DNA of 64,000 nucleotides. It comes from an uncultured Desulfarculales bacterium (GTDB taxonomy: Bacteria; Desulfobacterota; Desulfarculia; Desulfarculales; JAHJDS01). This document shows, in pieces, positions 8,294 through 14,925 of the stretch (position 1 is the stretch's first letter; each line of letters opens with the position of its first letter). The translations under genes and the position numbers were made by a program. The notes beneath the pieces were generated by a model. The model had not been told where the DNA came from, ran no database searches, and worked only from the letters and a program-made list of their open reading frames with translations. The stretch is from positions 107,092-171,091 of the forward strand of contig CAZMVB010000005.1 of the NCBI GenBank assembly GCA_964569795.1, read 5' to 3'.

Positions 8294-9871
8294 TCAGGGC
8301 CGCATGCCACGGCTCTTGGGTCCGAGCTGGCTCGGCAACAACCGATACGCCGTCTCGATCCACTCGCACAGCAGGGGCCGGGTCTCCCGGGGGTCGATGA
8401 TCTCCTCGATACGGAAGGCCTCGGCCGTGCGGAAGGGCGAGGTGACCGCCGCCAGCCGCTGCTCGATCTCGGCCCGCAGGGCATCGGGGTCCTCGGCGGC
8501 CTCGATCTTCCGCCGGTAGGCCGCCTGGACGCCGCCCTCGAGCGGCAAGGACCCCCACTCGCCCGACGGCCAGGCGTAACGCAGATTGAGGCGGCTGTGG
8601 TCGCCGTGGGCCGCGCCGGCCACGCCGAACACCCGCCGCAGAATGATCGAGCACCAGGGCACCGTGGCCTGATAGACCGAGTATATCCACCGGCCGCCGG
8701 CCCGGATGGTCCCCTGCTTCTCGCCTTCGAGGCCGATCAGGAAGCCGGGGTTGTCCACGAAATAGACTATTGGCAGATGGAACGTGTCGCACAGGTCAAT
8801 GAACCGGGTCATCTTCTCGGCCGCCCGGACGTCCATGGCCCCGCCCAGAAAGCGCGGATCATTGGCCAGGACGCCGACCGGTTTTCCGGTCAGACGCCCC
8901 AGGCCAATGACCGCCGAGCGGCCCTGCCAATACCCCATCTCGAAAAAGCTGCCGCGGTCCAGGCTCAGGTCGATGATCCGGCGGACGTCAAAGGGCCGGC
9001 GCTTGTTCCGGGGGATGATGCCGAGCAGTTCCTCCTCCCGGCGGTCAGGCGGATCTTCGGCAAGGATCACCGGTGGCATCTCGTACACCGAATCGGGCAT
9101 GTAGGACAAAAAACGCCGGATCTGGCTGAAGACGTCGTCCTCGTCCGCGGCCTCGTTATCGACCACGCCCGAGCCCCGGGCGTGGATATGGGAGCCGCCC
9201 AGTTCCTCCTTGGTTAGCTTTTGCCCCAGGGCCGGCTCGACCACGGGCGGTCCGGCCACGAATACCTGGGTTTTTTGTCTCACCATGATCGAGAAATGCG
9301 AAAAGACCACCCGGGCCGCGCCCAGCCCGGCCACCGGCCCCAGGGCGGCGCTGACCACGGGCACGGTTTGCAGCAGCCTGACCATGACGTCCATGGCCGG
9401 GTTGGCCGGGACATAGGTCCGGCCCATCATCTCCAGGTGCTTGACGCTCCCGCCGCCGCCGGTGCCCTCGATCAGGCGGATCATGGGCAGCCGCAGTTCC
9501 AGGGCCATGCGCTCGCCGTAGGGGGCCTTGGCCCCGATGGCCGCGTCGGAAGCCCCGCCCCGGATGGTGAAGTCGTCGCCGCCGACCACTACCCGCCGGC
9601 CGTCGATCCGGCCGGTGCCGGTGATGAAATTCGAGGACAGCAGATCGACCAGACGATCGCCGTCATAGGTCGCCGCGCCGGCGATGGCCCCGGTCTCGTG
9701 AAAGGTGCCCGGGTCAAAGAGCCGGTCGATCCGTTCCCGGACGGTCAATCGCCCGGCGGCGTGCTGGCGCTCTATATTTTCCGGGCCGCCCATGCGGGCG
9801 GTCATCTCCCCGCGCCGCTTGATCTCCTCGACCTCGGGCGCCCAGCCCATATCATCGCGGTCATCGTCCAT
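8294..9871 (-). CDS. Acyl-CoA carboxyltransferase (propionyl-CoA carboxylase beta / methylmalonyl-CoA decarboxylase alpha family)
   Basis: 525 aa with typical carboxyltransferase motifs: RLTVRERIDRLFDPGTF, GRIDGRRVVVGGDDFTIRGGA, FVDNPGFLIG. Start at ATG 9871 (MDDDRDD). Confidence 0.9.
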   Translation of the reverse strand: MDDDRDDMGWAPEVEEIKRRGEMTARMGGPENIERQHAAGRLTVRERIDRLFDPGTFHETGAIAGAATYDGDRLVDLLSSNFITGTGRIDGRRVVVGGDDFTIRGGASDAAIGAKAPYGERMALELRLPMIRLIEGTGGGGSVKHLEMMGRTYVPANPAMDVMVRLLQTVPVVSAALGPVAGLGAARVVFSHFSIMVRQKTQVFVAGPPVVEPALGQKLTKEELGGSHIHARGSGVVDNEAADEDDVFSQIRRFLSYMPDSVYEMPPVILAEDPPDRREEELLGIIPRNKRRPFDVRRIIDLSLDRGSFFEMGYWQGRSAVIGLGRLTGKPVGVLANDPRFLGGAMDVRAAEKMTRFIDLCDTFHLPIVYFVDNPGFLIGLEGEKQGTIRAGGRWIYSVYQATVPWCSIILRRVFGVAGAAHGDHSRLNLRYAWPSGEWGSLPLEGGVQAAYRRKIEAAEDPDALRAEIEQRLAAVTSPFRTAEAFRIEEIIDPRETRPLLCEWIETAYRLLPSQLGPKSRGMRP

Positions 9872-9937
9872 GGCTGCCCCTTTCAGGTGAAAGACTAGCC
9901 ATAGCCCATTTTTGATTTGTATGCAATCGTCTAGAAA

Positions 9938-9969
9938 CCCAAAAAAGGGCCGGGGCAGAACCCCGGCCC
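9938..9969 (-). terminator. Rho-independent terminator after CARP-A
   Basis: Minus strand reads GGGCCGGGG-TTCTG-CCCCGGCCC followed by TTTTTTGGGTTT, about 25 nt after the stop at 9995. Confidence 0.75.
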
Positions 9970-9994
9970 TCACCGGCCCCCGCGGAGCGAAAGC

Positions 9995-10366
9995 TCAGCC
10001 CCGGATGACGCAGACCACGACAGTGCAGCGCAAATGGTACCGGCAAGCCCGCCTCGTTACCCATTGGCAAATTTTGTGCGTCACCCACTGGCAGATGGAC
10101 TGACATCTTCTGCGGATCATGTTGCCCACCCGGCTGTGCCAGCATTTTTGCAGCGGGTGGCAAATTCGCTGCACCTTGCAGACTTGCCTCGAGACCGGGC
10201 CGCAGGTCTTTACGTAGTTGCATTTCCGGCACGGAACCGTCTTGGCGATTTGGAACGTGACCCGGGACCGGACGGCAACCGCCGGGGTCGCCTTGTTACC
10301 GGCCGCCGCCGGGCCAACCAAAGCGACCAGCAGAACCAGGACTGCCATTGACCAGAGAACCTTCAT
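9995..10366 (-). CDS. Secreted Cys/Arg-rich mini-protein CARP-A (long type, 12 Cys)
   Basis: SD GAGGAGG and signal peptide MKVLWSMAVLVLLVALVGPAAA. The Cys spacing is shared with CARP-B and CARP-E. Internal ICQWVT(H/R)(K/R).C duplication. C-terminal VIRG. Confidence 0.8.
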   Translation of the reverse strand: MKVLWSMAVLVLLVALVGPAAAGNKATPAVAVRSRVTFQIAKTVPCRKCNYVKTCGPVSRQVCKVQRICHPLQKCWHSRVGNMIRRRCQSICQWVTHKICQWVTRRACRYHLRCTVVVCVIRG

Positions 10367-10423
10367 GCTGTTTCCTCCTCGTGACCTTTTCGCCGGACCG
10401 GCCCCCGATCCAACGAGAGTTTT

Positions 10424-10535
10424 TAGGCGTCACCGGGGACACGGTCCCGCGGTGACGACGAAGTTGATTTTCCTGACCGGTCGCCGGGGGGAGTAGAAGC
10501 CGCGTCCTCTTCCCGGGGACCGGTCTGACCGCCTG
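10424..10535 (-). pseudogene. Duplicated 3' end fragment of the 11976-12440 gene
   Basis: About 100 nt are nearly identical to 11968-12075. It encodes GFYSPRRPVRKINFVVTAGPCPR versus GFYSPWQPVRKINFVVTAGPCSR. There is no signal peptide or homologous upstream part. Confidence 0.6.
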
Positions 10536-10645
10536 GTGCGGGCGTTGTCTGTTCGGGCCCATTGGCTGGCCGTATGAGGTTCCACGGTCAGTCGTTTTTC
10601 ACGGCCATCACACTGGGCGATCATTCGAACCTTCGGCGCCCCCGT

Positions 10646-11914
10646 TCACCGGGGCGGGGGAAAGATGATCGGTCCGGACGGGAAGAAGACGTGCTGCAGG
10701 CGTCCCCCGCGGAAAAAGGCGATGATATGTTTCTTCAGATAAAAAAGAGAGTGCACCGTCCCTCTCCGGAACTTTTGGGTAATGACCTTGTCCGGCGAAC
10801 CGAAGATGCGTTCGAACTCGGCCCTGGTCAGGGACCCCGGTCGCTCGAAGTCGATCACCACCCCCGTAACCATGGCCGGTGGCCTGAAGTCGGCCGAACA
10901 AAACCTTATCTTGAATTTTTGGGGGTCGATCTTCAGGCCGGGGAACAGGTAGGGCAGCAGGGGGTCCAGGCCACGATGGCAAGGCTCATTGAAGAGCAGG
11001 CCGATCTCGCCGGGAAAGGTCTTCTTCAAATCCCAGGCGTGACCGTCCGCGATGGAATACGTCATTTGCCGGCGGATGGCCTCGATCAGGAAGTCGTTCT
11101 CCGGCCGCCAGGCCACGCCCTGGGCCTCGGCCGCCCGGCGCAGCTTGGCATAGAGATCCGGCCGCTTGGCCAGACGCCGGACCAGGGACCAGGGCACGAT
11201 CCAGCCGCAGGAGAAACTTTTTTCATCCCGAGGCCGGGGGCCGACCCGACCATGGCTGGGGCCGGAGTGGATGATCACCCGGACGACTTGTCCCTGATTG
11301 ACCCAGCAAATCATGTTGCGCCAGACGTACCACTTGACCTCGGACGGCAGTTTGAGGGCGTTCCCCGGGGGCAGCTTGACGTTCAGGACCAGGTCCGGTT
11401 TGCCCAGGGCGGCGGTGAATTTTTGAAGGCTCGCGTCCGCGGCCAGCGGGGCCGACGGGGTCCCACCCTGGATCATGACCTTGATCACCGTGCCGCCTCT
11501 GACGAATAAATCGGCCTTCAACCGCTTGTAGTCCACGTTTTTGATCTTCAAGAAGTTGAAGAACTGCCCCAGATATTGCCGGGCCCTGGCCGGCCCCATC
11601 TTCCTGGTGTTCAGATGCTTGAATATCGGTCCAAAATAGTGGGCGTAAATGACCAGATCGGCCTCGGTCAGGTTATGCTTTTTCAGGAAGGCCTCGATCT
11701 TGGCCCTGATTTCGACCGGATCGCCGAAGCCCAGGGCCGCGATCTGGTCCAACCTGTCGAAGGGCCGGCCCACGGTCAGGCCGTGGAAGGTGAAGGGCCA
11801 GACCACGTAGCGGAAGCCGCGCGGGTCGGTCACGATCCGACCGGGCTTTGCGTCCGCACGGCCGTACCCGGCCAGAAACACCAGGGCCAGCACGACAACG
11901 ATTGTCCTTTTCAT
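10646..11914 (-). CDS. Secreted hypothetical protein (422 aa)
   Basis: Start set at ATG 11914 with signal peptide MKRTIVVVLALVFLAGYGRADA. No family recognised. The long N-terminal extension in the track was rejected. Confidence 0.75.
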   Translation of the reverse strand: MKRTIVVVLALVFLAGYGRADAKPGRIVTDPRGFRYVVWPFTFHGLTVGRPFDRLDQIAALGFGDPVEIRAKIEAFLKKHNLTEADLVIYAHYFGPIFKHLNTRKMGPARARQYLGQFFNFLKIKNVDYKRLKADLFVRGGTVIKVMIQGGTPSAPLAADASLQKFTAALGKPDLVLNVKLPPGNALKLPSEVKWYVWRNMICWVNQGQVVRVIIHSGPSHGRVGPRPRDEKSFSCGWIVPWSLVRRLAKRPDLYAKLRRAAEAQGVAWRPENDFLIEAIRRQMTYSIADGHAWDLKKTFPGEIGLLFNEPCHRGLDPLLPYLFPGLKIDPQKFKIRFCSADFRPPAMVTGVVIDFERPGSLTRAEFERIFGSPDKVITQKFRRGTVHSLFYLKKHIIAFFRGGRLQHVFFPSGPIIFPPPR

Positions 11915-11975
11915 GAAACTCTCCCCCAGCTGACCATTCAAGGCCGGGCCTTGAACCGGCGAGCCTCTTTCGGCA

Positions 11976-12440
11976 TCACCGGGAACACGGTCCGGCGGTG
12001 ACGACGAAGTTGATTTTCCTGACCGGTTGCCAGGGGGAGTAGAAGCCGCGTCCACTCCCCGGGACCGGCTGACCATTGGCGTCGAACCTGATACCGCCGG
12101 TGAAATAGCGCCGCTGGATCTCCACCACTGCCATACCGGGCCGCAGGGCCTTGATCTCGGCGACATAGGCCATGGAGTGGATGAAGTTTCTCCCTACGGT
12201 TAAACTGTTTCCCCTGGTGACCACGGCCCGGTAAAACGGACCGTTCTGGCTGCCCACGGCACCCAGGCGCAGGTTGAATTTTTGGCCGACCCGCAGGCAC
12301 CGGGACGAGGTCGTCACCTTGACCGCTGGGGGCCTGACCGTTGCGGCCCGGGAGACGCCGCCGGCCGGAAACACACCGCCCAGGCTTCCGGCCAGGCAGA
12401 CCACCATCAAGGCCTTGAAACCACTTTTCCTCAGACACAT
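11976..12440 (-). CDS. Secreted hypothetical protein (154 aa)
   Basis: Start set at ATG 12440 (MCLRKSGFKALMVVCLAGSLG) with an AAGGA SD. Its C-terminal tail is duplicated at 10424-10535. Confidence 0.7.
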   Translation of the reverse strand: MCLRKSGFKALMVVCLAGSLGGVFPAGGVSRAATVRPPAVKVTTSSRCLRVGQKFNLRLGAVGSQNGPFYRAVVTRGNSLTVGRNFIHSMAYVAEIKALRPGMAVVEIQRRYFTGGIRFDANGQPVPGSGRGFYSPWQPVRKINFVVTAGPCSR

Positions 12441-12513
12441 GGGTAGATTCCTTTTATCACGGGCCCGGCCATGGCCCCCCAGCCAGGCCGCTTCTTCTCT
12501 TCTCCGGGGGACC

Positions 12514-12831
12514 TCACCGCTCGACTCGACCGCACCTGTAACACGAACCTTGATCGGTGCTGTAACAGCGACCATTGCAATACCACGCCTTGTCGCTCGG
12601 ACAGCAAGCCCTGTATTTCCAGCAGCAGTCATCGCCTGACGGGCAGCAGAAGCTCCCGCAATTGACCGGATAGTTGGCCGGACACCTCCGTCTGGCCAAT
12701 TGAACGGTTGTTCTCGTTTCCCGTTTGCAGCGCTGAACCGCTGTATGCCCTGCGCCCAGGGCCATGGTCGGCGCCAGGCAAATCGCCAGCAAGAACACCA
12801 CGATCAAGACGCTGATTCCTCCCCTTCTCAT
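12514..12831 (-). CDS. Secreted Cys-rich mini-protein with CC doublets (distinct from the CARP family)
   Basis: SD AAGGAGG 7 nt before ATG 12831 and signal peptide MRRGGISVLIVVFLLAICLAPTMALG. The mature part contains C-x7-C-x3-CC-x5-CC-x5-CC-x7-C-x3-C-x7-C-x2-C. Confidence 0.75.
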   Translation of the reverse strand: MRRGGISVLIVVFLLAICLAPTMALGAGHTAVQRCKRETRTTVQLARRRCPANYPVNCGSFCCPSGDDCCWKYRACCPSDKAWYCNGRCYSTDQGSCYRCGRVER

Positions 12832-13078
12832 GACGTGTCCTCCTTGACCCCCTGTTACTTCCATGGATGTTTCCCGCTCACGCTTCCGCCGGATTGGCTG
12901 GCCGGATTCGCCCTGGTCCGGCCTCTTCAGTTCGATTGGGTTCTCCTGGGTCCATGGCGTATCCTCCGTTTCCTTGGGGAAGCTGGATAAGTTGTCTCCC
13001 CAGTCGTTTTAGTGTTCCCCCGGCCGCGGCCGCGCCCTTGCGGCGGACATCATCGGGCCAGGGTGATCACCCCCGGCC

Positions 13079-13438
13079 TCAGTCTCGCACCGCACATATC
13101 GCCGCGACATGGACCTGCCGGCACCGAATCCGGTTGACCAGGCGGCAGTACTGGCGGGTCAGCCACCGGCAGATCCGGCGGCACTGCTCGACGATGCGGT
13201 TGCCGATCCGCGACCGGGTGCAGACGTGGGTCGGCTGGCAATAGCGCTGGGCTTGGCAGACCCGCATGGGCGCTTTTCGGCAGACCCGCACGGTCTTGTA
13301 ACACGTCTTGGCCAGCCTTTGCGCCGGCCGGGGCGGCGCGGCCGAGGCCGTCAGGGGCACGATCGTCAACCCCATGGCGACCAGGGCGATCAACATCCAG
13401 CCGAAGCAGATACCCAACTTGACACGACTTGAATACAT
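13079..13438 (-). CDS. Secreted Cys/Arg-rich mini-protein CARP-B (long type, 10 Cys)
   Basis: SD AAGGAGGAGG. Leader MYSSRVKLGICFGWMLIALVAMGLTIVPLTASA. By manual count the mature 86 aa hold 18 Arg, 3 Lys and 10 Cys with only 2 acidic residues. Core motifs are shared with A and E. Confidence 0.85.
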   Translation of the reverse strand: MYSSRVKLGICFGWMLIALVAMGLTIVPLTASAAPPRPAQRLAKTCYKTVRVCRKAPMRVCQAQRYCQPTHVCTRSRIGNRIVEQCRRICRWLTRQYCRLVNRIRCRQVHVAAICAVRD

Positions 13439-13509
13439 TTGATCCTCCTCCTTCTTGGGTCACGGACGGTCGATAACCGCGGCCGCCTCGGTGACCCCGA
13501 TCGGATGCC

Positions 13510-13959
13510 CTAGCGCACGAAGGTGTTGGCCACCCGTTTTGATTTCTTGAAGTACAAGATCCACAGCACCGACGCCACCATCCCGATGAAGTATAAGGGC
13601 AGGCCCCCCCGCGGCCCGACCCAAATAAGCAGGACCACCAAAGTAAGCCCGTACAAGATCAAATTCAGTCCCAGGCAGACGACAATGGTCCGAGGTCCCT
13701 TCACCCGGCGTCGATAGAGCGCCCACAAGACAACCAGGCTCAAGGCCAGATCCCAAATATAGCTCGCGAATATGATTACAATCAGGGTCTGGAGGACCCC
13801 ACTAGCCACCGCGACCATGTACGGGACGGCCTCGACGATATCCACCAAGGCAAACAGCACTGTTATGATCGTGTAAAATAATAGCCAACCGCCGAACCCG
13901 GACAACTCGTTTTCCCTGCCACGGCTGCTGGTTTGGGACATGACGATCTGATTATCCAT
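13510..13959 (-). CDS. Small 4-helix membrane protein, DUF2569/YdgK-like (paralog of 456-869)
   Basis: Start set at ATG 13959 (MDNQIVMSQ). The FGGWLLFY motif and the C-terminal YFKKSKRVANTFVR match the 456-869 protein. Confidence 0.8.
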   Translation of the reverse strand: MDNQIVMSQTSSRGRENELSGFGGWLLFYTIITVLFALVDIVEAVPYMVAVASGVLQTLIVIIFASYIWDLALSLVVLWALYRRRVKGPRTIVVCLGLNLILYGLTLVVLLIWVGPRGGLPLYFIGMVASVLWILYFKKSKRVANTFVR

Positions 13960-14077
13960 GGTTGCTCCCTTTGACAGGTTCACCGGACCGCCTGGGTAAA
14001 AACGGGAATACGTTTGTGGCGCCCTCTCGAGAGGCCGTCCGGGCCGCCCCGGCCACCTCTCTGGGCGGGATCGAGCC

Positions 14078-14371
14078 TCAACCTCGGATGGCGTTGCAGG
14101 AGGTCTCGCAACGCGTCTCCCTACGGTAAAAACGCCGCCGAACCCACCGGCAGACATGAGTTCCATTCAACCACTGGCACACCTTTTGAAGCACGGTGTG
14201 GGGCACCCGAACCGTTCTGCACACTCGATGGCACACCCTCTTGGCCAGCATCGTCCCCCCGTTGTTCCTCGCCGCCGAGGCCACCAGGGGCACGAACATC
14301 AGCCCCAGGGCGATCAGGGCGATCAAGACCCAGCCCATGCCGGCTCCCCACTTGACAGACTTGCCAGACAT
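14078..14371 (-). CDS. Secreted Cys/Arg-rich mini-protein CARP-C (short type, 6 Cys)
   Basis: Start at the second ATG (MSGKSVKWG), preceded by GGGAGGGG. The leader is nearly identical to B and D. Cys pattern C-x3-C-x13-C-x8-C-x13-C-x3-C. C-terminal AIRG. Confidence 0.8.
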   Translation of the reverse strand: MSGKSVKWGAGMGWVLIALIALGLMFVPLVASAARNNGGTMLAKRVCHRVCRTVRVPHTVLQKVCQWLNGTHVCRWVRRRFYRRETRCETSCNAIRG

Positions 14372-14489
14372 TTTCCCCTCCCACATCTTCGGTCATCGAA
14401 CTCGGTCATGACGGGCGCGGCCGGGCCGCCCCGGCCGCATCGCGTTGTCCACCCAGGCATCCGCCGCCTTTCAGAGGCGAGGTACGGCC

Positions 14490-14831
14490 TCAACCTCGGA
14501 CGGCAAGGGCGCAGGTTACATGGCACCTTCTCTCAATCCGGTACTCAACTATGGCCCTCAAGTGGCATAGTTGGCGTTTATACCAATCGCACACCCTTTG
14601 GAAAACGGTATGGGGCACCCGAACCCTCCGGCACACTGTATGGCACACTCGTTCGTAATGCCGTTTGGCCAGCATCGTCACACCGGTGTTCGCCGCCACC
14701 GCGTGGATCCCGGGATGATCGGGGACACCTTTCGCCGAGGCTGCCAAGGGCACGAACATCAGCCCCATGGCCACCAGGGCGATCAAGATCCAGCCGAAGC
14801 CGTTTCCCCACTTGACACGCTTGTCAGACAT
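14490..14831 (-). CDS. Secreted Cys/Arg-rich mini-protein CARP-D (short type, 6 Cys)
   Basis: Leader MSDKRVKWGNGFGWILIALVAMGLMFVPLAASA. Cys pattern C-x3-C-x13-C-x7-C-x13-C-x3-C. C-terminal AVRG. Tandem paralog of CARP-C. Confidence 0.8.
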   Translation of the reverse strand: MSDKRVKWGNGFGWILIALVAMGLMFVPLAASAKGVPDHPGIHAVAANTGVTMLAKRHYERVCHTVCRRVRVPHTVFQRVCDWYKRQLCHLRAIVEYRIERRCHVTCALAVRG

Positions 14832-14925
14832 TTTCTACTCCCATGTCTTCAATTAAAGAGCTTGGTTAAATAAGACCTCCCTCAGGGGCGGGTTGGCCGA
14901 TGTTAATGATCCGGACCTGAACCTC

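Noticed and set aside
6253-8400. Very long ORFs antisense to or overlapping recognised genes. Examples: 6253-8400(+), 17861-19258(-), 24834-26687(+), 46496-48235(+), 50011-52104(+), 52738-54615(+), 55544-56758(-), 59550-61319(+), 10562-11509(+).
   Set aside because: Their products are low-complexity G/P/R/D/H/Q-rich strings with no start context. Each lies opposite a gene with clear family motifs. This is the typical high-GC antisense ORF artefact.
8251-8484. An N-terminal extension of the molybdoenzyme ORF might provide a Tat signal.
   Set aside because: The extension is R/P/S-rich without a hydrophobic h-region. It overlaps the 3' end of the carboxyltransferase gene and lacks an SD, whereas ATG 8250 follows AAGGAGG. 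Similar track extensions were trimmed at 9973, 12166, 12632, 14166, 16209, 21029, 27499, 29568 and 30158.
12878-12955. A 25-codon minus-strand ORF (MDPGEPNRTEEAGPGRIRPANPAEA) with a good SD (GGAGGA, 7 nt) between CARP-B and the CC-rich gene. It could be a leader or small peptide.
   Set aside because: It is too short to judge, has no Cys or hydrophobic character, and there is no way to test conservation here. I left it uncalled. It is worth rechecking if ribosome profiling exists.
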